IMG/VR virus record: IMGVR_UViG_3300031521_000025
Span: 1 to 64,000 of that record
Reading direction: 5' to 3' (one strand)
Origin: a virus
DNA length: 64,000 nucleotides
This document shows positions 35,142 through 45,382 of the stretch, one piece after another. Each line of letters starts with the position of its first letter. The stretch's first letter is position 1. Below the pieces are notes generated by a model. The model did no database searches. It saw only the letters and a list, made by a program, of their open reading frames with translations, and was not told the DNA's origin. The position numbers were made by a program, and so were the translations under genes.

Positions 35142-35594
35142 ATGGGAGAAAATAGCTATGAAACAAAATTTTCTGTATTAATTGCCGAAGTTAGATCTTC
35201 TAATGATGTTTTACATGCACAATTAAAGCATTTACAAGAGCTTTTTACTGAAAAACTAGATAGAATTCATACAGAATACAAAACAACTAATGATCAAGTT
35301 GAAAAACATGAAAAGAAAATTGAAGCTTTGCAAGAAAAGCTTACTGAAATGATTTCTTTTAAAGAAAAACTTGAAGATCTTAATACTCGTTTCGATAATG
35401 AAAAAAAATCAACTGAAGAAAGATTTAAAAAAACAGATGATAGTATAGATGGGTTAGAAAAAGAAACTGAGTTAGTTAGAGTTGAACAAAAAAACCCTGG
35501 TTTTTCAAAATACAGTGAATTAGGCAAGTTAGCACAAAATGTATTAATTTTAGCAACCTTAGGTACTTTACTTTATCAAATAATGTCGAAATAA
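35142..35594 (+). CDS. Coiled-coil protein with C-terminal TM helix (holin/antiholin-like candidate)
   Basis: Heptad pattern; hydrophobic C-terminus VLILATLGTLLYQI. Confidence 0.45.
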   Translation: MGENSYETKFSVLIAEVRSSNDVLHAQLKHLQELFTEKLDRIHTEYKTTNDQVEKHEKKIEALQEKLTEMISFKEKLEDLNTRFDNEKKSTEERFKKTDDSIDGLEKETELVRVEQKNPGFSKYSELGKLAQNVLILATLGTLLYQIMSK

Positions 35595-35614
35595 AAGAAA
35601 AAAAATAAGTTAAA

Positions 35615-35666
35615 AAGAAATGCCTTAAAAAAATAATTACATTCTTGTTTTTTTAAGGCATTTCTT
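35615..35666 (+). terminator. Inverted repeat / probable terminator
   Basis: AAGAAATGCCTTAAAAAAA...TTTTTTTAAGGCATTTCTT. Confidence 0.65.
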
Positions 35667-35694
35667 GTATTTAAAATTATAAAATTGAAATATA

Positions 35695-38600
35695 ATGTCT
35701 TTAGATCAAATTACTAAAACAAACATAGCTTACAAAGCTTTATTAGGAAAAGCCCATACTGAAAATATTAAAGGTTTGTCAAATGAAGCAGAAGGTAGTT
35801 TTTTGAATTTACCTTCAAGTAAAATATTCGTTGATGAAATAGACCCTGATCCTACTGTTGCAGTACTTGATGGAATAGCTTTATTAATAACAGCTGATTT
35901 AATAGAAGATAATACATCTAATGGTCACGCTTTTTTTGCTGTTTATACTCAAGATATTGTTTCTTTAGGAGTTTCTGCAGGAGATAGAGTTAAAAACGCA
36001 ATTTCTCCTGCTTTTGGGTTTAAATATGAAGCAAAACCTTATGAACAAACTACAAATAATAAAATTTCTATAGATGACCCAAGAAGTTGGGTATATCAAT
36101 ATGAAGCTGGAGTGTTTTACCAACAAAATATTGTTGCAACAAAACCTGCGACAATTGAATTATATGTATATAAAGGAACTACCTTAATAGACATAGGAAG
36201 TAGAAAAGCAAATACGTCAGGAAATAATATAGAAAGTAAAATATTTAGTAAAAATTTATTAACAAATATTACTACAGATTTAGATATTTATGTTAGCTCT
36301 ATTGGAGATGATTCTTCAGGAGATGGAACAGAAAGTCTCCCTTATTTGACTTTAGAAAAAGTTTTAACCTTATTAAGTTTTTCTACAATTTCAAACAATT
36401 CTACTATAACAATTCATTTAAGTAGTAATTCTTTTGAAATTACATCTTTTGTAGTAGATTTATTTTCAACAATAAATTTTAAAGACAATAGTTCAATAGT
36501 TTTTAAAGGAAGTGATTTAATTTTATCAAAAACACTTACTGGTGTTTTACCAGACTTTTTAATACCTTTTAAATACAACGTAACAGGATTAACTGAAACA
36601 AGCTTAGATTATTATAGAGGTTGTTTCGTGAAAAATAATGATAATAATTATTTTCCTGTAGCTAGTAGTGGTAATGGTTTTTTATATACACAAAAATCTT
36701 TAACTTTTACTACTGTTTACAATTTAACTTCTACAATTACAAGTAGTTTAATAGATCCTTTTGGTGTTTTATCAAAAGGAGTAAAAGAAGGTGCAATTAG
36801 TTTTAAAAACATATTGTTTGATTTTTCTAATAATATTGAAGTTTATTCAGAACTAGGATGTTCTTTTAAATTTGACACTTGTTTCTTCAATAAAAATATC
36901 ACTTTCTTTAGTGATGTTAATCTAAATTCTCAATATACAGTTTTTAAATCATTAGAATTTAAAACAAACGGCTTAGTAAATGCTATAAACTCTTCTATAA
37001 CTGATTTTAAAGCTGGTTTAACAGATTATAATGATAAAGTGTTAGAGAATATCATTTTATACAAAAACAACTCTAATTTCGACTATATAATAGATTCTAA
37101 TTGTTTGATAAAAGGAGATAGTTTAGTTAAAAGTGGTGTTGGTTTGTTGCAAGTTTTTAAATTACAAGAAAAAATTGTAGGAGAAAACATTTGGACTGAA
37201 TTAGATTCTGCGACTGAGTTAATTCAGTTTATAAATAATAAAAATGTTACTTTTGTTTTTGATGATATTCAAAATTATAAATTAACAAATGATCAAATAA
37301 CATCTTTAGGGGATGTTTCTCTTAAAAAATTTATTTTATCAGGAAATATAAATAAAGAATACTTTAATTCACATCTTTGTGGTTTTAAATTAAAAACAGA
37401 TATTGCTTTTATTAATTACCCTATAGTTTTTTGTAGAGAAAACAACAAGATTTACAAATATGTTGCAAGTAGTTCATATACACCCGACAACGAACATGTT
37501 TTAAACACATCTGATGGCGGAAGTTCAAGATATGTTTCTGTTGATTACAACCAAATAAAAATTGATAATAATGGAGATGTAGTAGATCATACTGGAACTC
37601 CAATAACTAATATAAAAACCGCTAATATTGATTCAAATTCATTAGCTATAGGACTTGTTGATAATGATAAATTAGCAACTCAAGGTTATGTTGAACAATT
37701 TGTAAATACAACTTTAGGCGCAATTGTTTCTTTACAAGGAGATTGGGATGCAAATACAGATAGTCCATCTATTGTAGAAGCAACAACTGCAGGATACGCT
37801 TGGAGGGTTTCTGTAAACGGAGCAACTAATCTTGGAGGAATTACAGATTGGAAAATAGGCGATTTAGCTGTTAAAACCGCTACAGGGTGGTTAAAAATAG
37901 ATAATGAAGATATATCAGCACTTTGGGGAAACATTACAGGTGATGTTTTAAATCAAACAGATTTAATAGATTACATAAACAGTGTTCTCCCTTCTACTAT
38001 GACTTTAACAGTTCATAATGAAACTGAATTAGCTAGCGCCATTGCTGCAGTTAATTCAGCGAGTTTATCAGGAACTATTTTGTTTAAAAACAACATTTCT
38101 TTATCTTCACCTAAAACATATAACTTAGAATCAATTACTTTAGATTTAAATAATTATTTTTTAATTCAAAATACAAATCTTTTAAGTATATCAGGTCAAA
38201 GTTTTGCTTTAAAAAATGGTCGTTTAGTATGGGATTCTCTTGTTTACAATGATGTAAAGCATAAAAATGATACAGGTGTAGAACTTTTAGGAGTAGGATC
38301 TCCTAATTCTGTTAGTTTATCAGCTGTGTTTGACAATATAACTTTTACAGATTACATAGGTGTTGATTTAATTGATAACGATATACCTTGTATGACAATT
38401 CCAAATACTTCTGGAAGTGCTGGATCTTTAACTTTAAGTAATTGTTATTTTTTAAGCAATACAGGTGCGCCTGGTGGTGCAGATACTTTAATTAATAGTC
38501 CTTTTGTGATAGGAGCTCCTGTTGTAAATGGATTTACTTTTAATGTATTTAACTATAAAGGTATGTTTGAAAAGTCTGGTGATTTTTCAAAATGTGTTAA

Positions 38601-40752
38601 GTTATTAGTAACAACAGCTAGTAATAAAATTTATATGGTTACTGATGGTTCTGTAAATATTACAAATACAATTGTAGGAAGTTCACCATCAGCAGGTCAA
38701 GCAGTAATAGATTACCCTGCTATCCCTTTAAACGGTATAATTTCTTTAAGTGTATCTGGAGTAGGAGCTTTAATAAATTATAGACCTACTTTAGTAGATT
38801 TAACAGGATCAGAGGTTTTAGTTCAAAAAAATGGAGTTTTATATAAAATCCCTGTAGATAGTACTTTAGCAGCTTATTTATCTAAATCACAAAACTTAAA
38901 TGATGTAGAAAATAAACAAACCGCGTTAAATAACTTAACAGGTGTTTCAAATGCTACCAACGAATTTGTTTTAACTAAAGATACTGATACAGGTAATGTT
39001 ATATGGAAAGCTGGTGGAGGCGGTGGATCTAATTTTAGTAGAACAATTTATGTAGATTCAAAAAACGGAAATGATGCTACTGCTACCGGTCAGTTAGATA
39101 AAATGTTTAAAACATTAGAAGGTGTAGTAAATGCTATAGGGACAACAATTAGTTTATATTCTACAATAACAGGTGATATACAAGCTGGAAATACAATTAC
39201 AAATTGTTCATCTGTAGTAAATATATCAATTGGGCAAACAATAACACATGCAAATATACCGTTCGGAGCAGTTGTTGCAAACATTGTTGGATCTACTATT
39301 ACTATGTCAGAAACAATGACAGCTAGTTCAGGTGCTACTATAAAAATTTGGACACCATACAGTGTAATATGTCAAGGTAATTTTAATCCTGATACTTCAA
39401 AAAATTATTGTATCGATGGAATTCGTTGGTGTTTTCAAACGAATAGTAATTTATTTGTAAATAATTTTAAGTTTTGTCACACTAATTTTACTGTAGAAAC
39501 AAACACTTGGGGTTTTGAAGGTTTATTTGATGCTTATGTTACAGGAAACAATGGATGGTTGTATATGACTAATTTCACTTTAGATGTTGACGTATATCAG
39601 AAGCCAAACACAAATATTTATTTGCAATGCAGAAACTTAACTACGACTGGTAGTAATTATGCTATTGATTATTGGTTTTATCAAAACACTTTCCATGTAA
39701 CGTTTTCTGTAAATAAGATAATTGCTAAAAATGGATATGTTTGTTACTCTCGTACTTATGCAAATACATCATTTCAAATCATTGACTGTACTTATGCTTT
39801 TGGTTATTTAGGCGGAGTGTACTGTAGTGGAGAATCAATTGTTATTAATATTGCTAAATTAGAATCATATGGGTATTCATTAAAACATCCAGATAATGAT
39901 CAGGCTTTTACTTTCAACGGCAATGTCATAGGGGCAGTTTATTGTAACGCAAGAGCTACACTAACCCCACTGACAATAAATGGTTATGTTAGTCATAGTT
40001 CTACTAATTCTATTTATAATGGTGTTTGTATAATAAACGGTGCAGTTGTTTCGACAGTAGAGTGTTATGTTTATGGCGAACTAATTATCAATGGAAACTT
40101 TGGAGGATTGATGAGAGTACTTAACGGAGGACTTGTAGATCTTTACGGACAAATGCAAAATACTGGTATTGATAACGTTTTTAACATAGAATCAGGAGGT
40201 CAACTTGTAAACCATTCAAGCAATATAACTGCATCTATTAGTATGATTTGGAACGTTGCGGGCTTATTAGTCAATAAAGGTTTAATGTATTTTAACCCAA
40301 GTGCTTTAGCAATTACTGGAGGCACTATAGATAATTATGGAACTATGTATTTACATACTAATGCTAATGATACTGACTTTCTTTTAAATAACGGAACAAT
40401 TATAAACAGAAATCATTTCGAATTTCTTCAATCATATGCAGGTAGAATATTTCGAATTGCAATTTCAGGTACAGGTAAGTTTTTTAGTTTATCGGGAATT
40501 ATAAAATCAAATAGAGATAATGATAACGGATGTTTTTACAAAACAGGTGGTTTACTTCAATTAATAAATACTAAAGTTATTTTACCTGCTGGTTATCACT
40601 TAATAGCTACAGATAATTCAACCGTTGGGAAGACTATACAGTTATCTAATGTATTATGTAATGTTATAGACGGAGTATCTAAAGATAAAGATGGTAATGT
40701 AATGTATGATGAAATTGGCGGAACTTTAATTGAAAACATAAATTTAATATAA
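35695..40752 (+). CDS. Large tail fibre/tailspike protein
   Basis: 1685 aa; two IYV..G.D..G....TL beta-helix starts; QGDWDANT fibre module; YLSKSQNLNDV module. Confidence 0.75.
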   Translation: MSLDQITKTNIAYKALLGKAHTENIKGLSNEAEGSFLNLPSSKIFVDEIDPDPTVAVLDGIALLITADLIEDNTSNGHAFFAVYTQDIVSLGVSAGDRVKNAISPAFGFKYEAKPYEQTTNNKISIDDPRSWVYQYEAGVFYQQNIVATKPATIELYVYKGTTLIDIGSRKANTSGNNIESKIFSKNLLTNITTDLDIYVSSIGDDSSGDGTESLPYLTLEKVLTLLSFSTISNNSTITIHLSSNSFEITSFVVDLFSTINFKDNSSIVFKGSDLILSKTLTGVLPDFLIPFKYNVTGLTETSLDYYRGCFVKNNDNNYFPVASSGNGFLYTQKSLTFTTVYNLTSTITSSLIDPFGVLSKGVKEGAISFKNILFDFSNNIEVYSELGCSFKFDTCFFNKNITFFSDVNLNSQYTVFKSLEFKTNGLVNAINSSITDFKAGLTDYNDKVLENIILYKNNSNFDYIIDSNCLIKGDSLVKSGVGLLQVFKLQEKIVGENIWTELDSATELIQFINNKNVTFVFDDIQNYKLTNDQITSLGDVSLKKFILSGNINKEYFNSHLCGFKLKTDIAFINYPIVFCRENNKIYKYVASSSYTPDNEHVLNTSDGGSSRYVSVDYNQIKIDNNGDVVDHTGTPITNIKTANIDSNSLAIGLVDNDKLATQGYVEQFVNTTLGAIVSLQGDWDANTDSPSIVEATTAGYAWRVSVNGATNLGGITDWKIGDLAVKTATGWLKIDNEDISALWGNITGDVLNQTDLIDYINSVLPSTMTLTVHNETELASAIAAVNSASLSGTILFKNNISLSSPKTYNLESITLDLNNYFLIQNTNLLSISGQSFALKNGRLVWDSLVYNDVKHKNDTGVELLGVGSPNSVSLSAVFDNITFTDYIGVDLIDNDIPCMTIPNTSGSAGSLTLSNCYFLSNTGAPGGADTLINSPFVIGAPVVNGFTFNVFNYKGMFEKSGDFSKCVKLLVTTASNKIYMVTDGSVNITNTIVGSSPSAGQAVIDYPAIPLNGIISLSVSGVGALINYRPTLVDLTGSEVLVQKNGVLYKIPVDSTLAAYLSKSQNLNDVENKQTALNNLTGVSNATNEFVLTKDTDTGNVIWKAGGGGGSNFSRTIYVDSKNGNDATATGQLDKMFKTLEGVVNAIGTTISLYSTITGDIQAGNTITNCSSVVNISIGQTITHANIPFGAVVANIVGSTITMSETMTASSGATIKIWTPYSVICQGNFNPDTSKNYCIDGIRWCFQTNSNLFVNNFKFCHTNFTVETNTWGFEGLFDAYVTGNNGWLYMTNFTLDVDVYQKPNTNIYLQCRNLTTTGSNYAIDYWFYQNTFHVTFSVNKIIAKNGYVCYSRTYANTSFQIIDCTYAFGYLGGVYCSGESIVINIAKLESYGYSLKHPDNDQAFTFNGNVIGAVYCNARATLTPLTINGYVSHSSTNSIYNGVCIINGAVVSTVECYVYGELIINGNFGGLMRVLNGGLVDLYGQMQNTGIDNVFNIESGGQLVNHSSNITASISMIWNVAGLLVNKGLMYFNPSALAITGGTIDNYGTMYLHTNANDTDFLLNNGTIINRNHFEFLQSYAGRIFRIAISGTGKFFSLSGIIKSNRDNDNGCFYKTGGLLQLINTKVILPAGYHLIATDNSTVGKTIQLSNVLCNVIDGVSKDKDGNVMYDEIGGTLIENINLI

Positions 40753-40771
40753 ACAATAATCAATAAATATA

Positions 40772-41383
40772 ATGAAAAAACCCAGAATAATAATAGACGA
40801 AAAATTAGAAAGCATATTAATATGTGTAGATAGTACATCTACTATACAATTTGATTATGCATCTTTAACAGTAGATGAAACCGCTAAATTAAATGCATTT
40901 TTAGATGTTTGTGAAACTAAAAAACCGATTATCCCATTGCCAACAGATCCAGGTCAACCAGTATTCTCAGTTCCAGAAACTTGTCCTTTAGATTCTACTT
41001 TAAACCCAAGAGTTTACTATGTAGCTTTTGAAAAAAACAGTAATTCTTTTAAAATGGATATTTTAGTTACTCATTTTAAAGCAAATGGAGATAGAGTAAC
41101 AAAATATGATGCTATTGATACTATTTTAGCAGATATGAGTGAAGAAAGAAAAGTAGATGTTACACCTGCAGGATTTATAGCGGTAGAAGATGCATTAGGA
41201 GTAGTAAGACTAGAGCCTGATACATATATTTTATTACCTGAAGAAAAGCTTACTAAAATAACAGAATATTCGTTTGTTTTAGCTAATTCTATGATTGGGC
41301 AAGGAATGAGTATTCCTCAACTTATTGGAATGTCAGCTCAAGTATGGTATGCAGATGGAAGTTGGTTAAGAATCTACAATTAA
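40772..41383 (+). CDS. Hypothetical protein (possible fibre chaperone)
   Basis: Directly downstream of the fibre gene. Confidence 0.45.
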   Translation: MKKPRIIIDEKLESILICVDSTSTIQFDYASLTVDETAKLNAFLDVCETKKPIIPLPTDPGQPVFSVPETCPLDSTLNPRVYYVAFEKNSNSFKMDILVTHFKANGDRVTKYDAIDTILADMSEERKVDVTPAGFIAVEDALGVVRLEPDTYILLPEEKLTKITEYSFVLANSMIGQGMSIPQLIGMSAQVWYADGSWLRIYN

Positions 41384-41473
41384 TATTTAATATGGAGATA
41401 TCAAGAGAAGAAATTGAACTTATAATTTTTGAATTATATAGGTTTTAAATTTAACATAATATAAATATATAAA

Positions 41474-42151
41474 ATGGCGGTTACTACAGTAATATTTAGA
41501 AAACATGATGCAGGGCAGATTATTTCTTCTGGAAATGGAACTCCTGATAATAATTATTTAGGATCTAACGGAGATAAATATACTGATGAAAGTACAGGTG
41601 TTGAATATTTATATGCAAATAGTAAATGGAATGCATTAGTAGGAGGAGGAGTTTCTAAAACAAAAATACAACTCCTTCCTTCAGATGCAAATTTAACAGG
41701 ATCAATATATGAGCCTTTGTTTGTTGGAATTCAAGGTACTTATATTAACTGGGATGAATTAAGATTTGATGATACTACTTCGCAAAGTGCAAAATATACA
41801 ATTCCTTTAGCATCAACTACTGGTTATGCTGGTGGACAAATAACTTGTAAAATTGAATGGAAAACAACCGCTATCACTGGGGGTGTTGTATGGAAAATAT
41901 CTATGTTAAGTAGAACAACTGGTGATCAAATAGACACAGCTTATTATAGTGGTGCAACTCATAGTGGTACAACTACTGTTACTGGTTCAACAGAATTAAT
42001 AAATACAACAACAATATCTTTCACACCAAATGCAGCTGAATTAACTGCTGCTAAAGATTGTTTTATTCAATTGACTAGATTAACAACAGATGCTGGCGAT
42101 ACAATGGTTGGTGATGCTAAAGTTATTACAATAAATATAAATGAGGATTAG
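41474..42151 (+). CDS. Tail fibre-associated protein
   Basis: N-terminal SGNGTP...G.NGDKYTD..TG.EY.Y....W module shared with 44461..44889. Confidence 0.6.
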   Translation: MAVTTVIFRKHDAGQIISSGNGTPDNNYLGSNGDKYTDESTGVEYLYANSKWNALVGGGVSKTKIQLLPSDANLTGSIYEPLFVGIQGTYINWDELRFDDTTSQSAKYTIPLASTTGYAGGQITCKIEWKTTAITGGVVWKISMLSRTTGDQIDTAYYSGATHSGTTTVTGSTELINTTTISFTPNAAELTAAKDCFIQLTRLTTDAGDTMVGDAKVITININED

Positions 42152-42153
42152 TT

Positions 42154-44043
42154 ATGACATACGATAAAATTATATCTGTTGAAGCACCTTACTACTCATT
42201 AACTACTAGTGGGGTGTATACACCATCTAATACACGAAGTGAATCTTTATCTACAGACGTACCAACTAACTTTACATTAGTTGTTAGTTGTGGTAATATG
42301 GTTAAACCAACAAATTACTATTCTTCAATAGCATATTTTGGAAATAGTAATGGGTGTGGCATTGCTGTTAATAATCAAAATAAAATATCTATTTGGAACA
42401 GTACTGTAGGAATTATACCTTCAAGTTACACGATAACTGGAAATGAATTTGAAATGATTCTAGTTTTAACTAAAAACGGTTCAAATTGGGTTCTGTATAA
42501 AGATAATGTAGTGATATTAAACTATACGGGTAATTTGTCGGGAGTTCCACAAAAGTTATTTACAATAAATACAGTAGGTACTTATATTGATGGTAATCAA
42601 CCAAATACGAATAATAAGTATGCTTTTAATTCTATAACGGTTAATTATGTCAAGCTTTACGATTTGGATAAAGACGTAAAAAACTCATTAGTAGGGTTTT
42701 GGAATGGTGTAAATATATCTGTTTCAACAATTAATGATAGAAGTTATTACCAAAATAATGGTACTGTAAGTGGTTCTATTGCTACTACTCAAGGTAAAGT
42801 TGGTAATTCAATGGTATTTAATGGTTCAAGTGCTATAATTTTAAACAATCCAACATTATTAAGTAATAAGTTTTCAATCAATACTAGATTTAAAGCAAAT
42901 GTGGTTGATATGATATCTCCAATATTTTGCCAAAGATTTGTCAACACGAGTTCTAACGACTATTCTTACATTTTTATTGGAATAGGTGGTTCTGGTGATT
43001 GGATATCAAATCTTAATAAAGGTAAGAAGTTAGTTGTTGGTATGTTTGCTGGTGCTACTGGCTGGTGTGTTAGTAGTTATGCTGATATTGCTGATGGCAA
43101 GTATCATAATTTACAAGTATCATTAGATGGTAGTGCTTTAACTACTTTAAAGGTAATACTTGATGGTAATTCGTTATCATATACTTTCGGTAATCTAACC
43201 AGTTATACTGTTAGTCCAACTAATGCAACTGCTGTATCTTCAATAGGTGCTATGTTTTTAAAAGGTCAAACTGAAGCAATTTATCCAGAATCTTATTTTA
43301 GTGGCGAAATTAATTATGTACAGTTGTTTAACTATGCTAGAACATTTAGAGAATTAAAGCAAGGTAATCAATTAAAACTATTGATAACTGGCAATAATGT
43401 AATTGGTAATACTGTATATTCTCCAATGGGCAATAATGGTACAATAAATGGCAGTACTGTATCTGTAGTTGCTGATTCGACTGGTAATGGGTTTTCATTC
43501 ACTAACAGTGGATATATATCAGTACCAAGTTCAAATGATTATTCTTTTGTTTCACCAACTAAAGATTTACCATTTACCATTTCATTTGATATGACAACAC
43601 CAAGTTGGTTATCAGATACTGTTGAATTAGGTTCAAATATGTACATAATGTGTAAAACTACATCTTCAGTATATGAGTGGATTATAGCAACAGCTAAAGT
43701 TAATGGTATTTATTTTATATACTTAGCCGTTGTTAACTCTAATGCAACAAGTATTATGTATCAAGGGTTTAGTTTACCAAGTACTAATATATACACACAC
43801 AACATATTTACGTATGATGGTACAGCTAGTCCTACAAGTATGACATTTACATCTAATGGTGTTAATATGTCAAGACTTACCCATCTCAACGCTGGTAATT
43901 ACAATGGAACAAGTAACAGAATGTCAGAAACTGGAGTACCTATATTAATTGGTTCACAACCTTCACCAAATAACATAAGTGATTACAGATGTAAAGGTGT
44001 ATTAAATAATATTAAAATTTATAAAAATCAAATCGGAGAATAA
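42154..44043 (+). CDS. Multi-LamG (concanavalin A-like) domain protein, candidate receptor-binding protein
   Basis: LVGFW...DRS...NNGT...GKVGNSMVFNG, FSGEINYVQLFNYA; three LamG-like units. Confidence 0.8.
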   Translation: MTYDKIISVEAPYYSLTTSGVYTPSNTRSESLSTDVPTNFTLVVSCGNMVKPTNYYSSIAYFGNSNGCGIAVNNQNKISIWNSTVGIIPSSYTITGNEFEMILVLTKNGSNWVLYKDNVVILNYTGNLSGVPQKLFTINTVGTYIDGNQPNTNNKYAFNSITVNYVKLYDLDKDVKNSLVGFWNGVNISVSTINDRSYYQNNGTVSGSIATTQGKVGNSMVFNGSSAIILNNPTLLSNKFSINTRFKANVVDMISPIFCQRFVNTSSNDYSYIFIGIGGSGDWISNLNKGKKLVVGMFAGATGWCVSSYADIADGKYHNLQVSLDGSALTTLKVILDGNSLSYTFGNLTSYTVSPTNATAVSSIGAMFLKGQTEAIYPESYFSGEINYVQLFNYARTFRELKQGNQLKLLITGNNVIGNTVYSPMGNNGTINGSTVSVVADSTGNGFSFTNSGYISVPSSNDYSFVSPTKDLPFTISFDMTTPSWLSDTVELGSNMYIMCKTTSSVYEWIIATAKVNGIYFIYLAVVNSNATSIMYQGFSLPSTNIYTHNIFTYDGTASPTSMTFTSNGVNMSRLTHLNAGNYNGTSNRMSETGVPILIGSQPSPNNISDYRCKGVLNNIKIYKNQIGE

Positions 44044-44483
44044 TGAATAAAATTTGGATGACACGCAATGGAATTGTAGAGCAATTCGATGCGGATAGAT
44101 TAGAAAATCTATTAATTAAAGGATGGGTAGTTTGTGATGAACCAATACCACCAATACCTATTATACCAGACCCATATGATATATTTGATGCAAAACAAGT
44201 TTTAAAAGAATTACAAGTAATATTTGCATTAGATATAGGCGTTTTAGCAGGGCAAGCTTCAATGATTATATGGTTTACGGAAAATAAATATTTTTACGAT
44301 TTAAATAGATATTTAATTCTTGCGGAATCTCAAAGTATAATAACGGCAGAATATCACGCATCAGTATGTAATGTTTTTGTTAACCAAAATATAGATTTAA
44401 GTAAAGAACCTTATAGAGCAAGAAAAAAAATAGAAACACCAATTATTAATATTCCAATAGATGGCAGCGGTATTATTATTTAA
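44043..44483 (+). CDS. Hypothetical protein
   Basis: 146 aa, Pro-rich linker. Confidence 0.5.
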   Translation: MNKIWMTRNGIVEQFDADRLENLLIKGWVVCDEPIPPIPIIPDPYDIFDAKQVLKELQVIFALDIGVLAGQASMIIWFTENKYFYDLNRYLILAESQSIITAEYHASVCNVFVNQNIDLSKEPYRARKKIETPIINIPIDGSGIII

Positions 44484-44889
44484 AAAAAAAGAAATGGGGA
44501 AAACCATTTCTACAGGAAACGGAGTTCCTGATAACAATCTTAGTGGAATTAATGGAGATAAATATACAGACTTAGATACAGGTATTGAGTATTCATATAT
44601 AAATAACAAATGGAGTGAACCAGCAGGTTCTGTTTCAAGCATTCCTAATCCAATTGTTTTTACTTATTCTGGAAATTTAATTATAAAATCTATTGAAGAT
44701 TTAGGAGAAAGTTTAACTATTGAAAAAAGATATAGGTATTATTCAGGAGGATCTGCACAAGATGGTTCTCTTGATATTGTAGAGATAAAAAACAGCAAAA
44801 CTAACCAATGGGTTAGATCAACATATATTTACACAAATGGCAAACTAACTTCAATGAATAATGAAATTATAACATCTTGGACAATATGA
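44461..44889 (+). CDS. Tail fibre-associated protein
   Basis: N-terminal module paralogous to 41474..42151. Confidence 0.6.
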   Translation: MAAVLLFKKKEMGKTISTGNGVPDNNLSGINGDKYTDLDTGIEYSYINNKWSEPAGSVSSIPNPIVFTYSGNLIIKSIEDLGESLTIEKRYRYYSGGSAQDGSLDIVEIKNSKTNQWVRSTYIYTNGKLTSMNNEIITSWTI

Positions 44890-45356
44890 TAATAGATTTA
44901 AAAGGTCATATATATGACACAGAACTTGATTTTGATAATCAAACAGAAGATACTAAAAATTTCGTAAATGAAATTTTAATTACAGTTAACTCTACATTTA
45001 CTTTTGATGATTCATATAGAATTATTGAATATAAATATAAAATTGATAACAAATACGAAGTTGTAAAAACACAAGTTTTTTCAGAACCAGCTCCTAGTTG
45101 TGCTATTGAAAGTGTAGAAATTATTGTAAGAGTTGCTAATTTATGGCATGAACCAAATTATAGTATTCAAATAATATTAACTTTAGAACAACAAGTTAAC
45201 TTATTAAGAGCATACCCTGATTTTGCTTTATATACTAGTCAAAGTAATTTACCCACCTATGTAGAAGGAAATAAATTATATACGTATGACAATGTTTTAC
45301 GTAAAGAATATAGAGATTTATTACAACACTTTGGTGGAATAATAACAGATAAATAA
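44886..45356 (+). CDS. Hypothetical protein
   Basis: ATG at 44886 (ATGA overlap). Confidence 0.55.
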   Translation: MIIDLKGHIYDTELDFDNQTEDTKNFVNEILITVNSTFTFDDSYRIIEYKYKIDNKYEVVKTQVFSEPAPSCAIESVEIIVRVANLWHEPNYSIQIILTLEQQVNLLRAYPDFALYTSQSNLPTYVEGNKLYTYDNVLRKEYRDLLQHFGGIITDK

Positions 45357-45382
45357 TTTTATAACAAAATAATTAAAATATA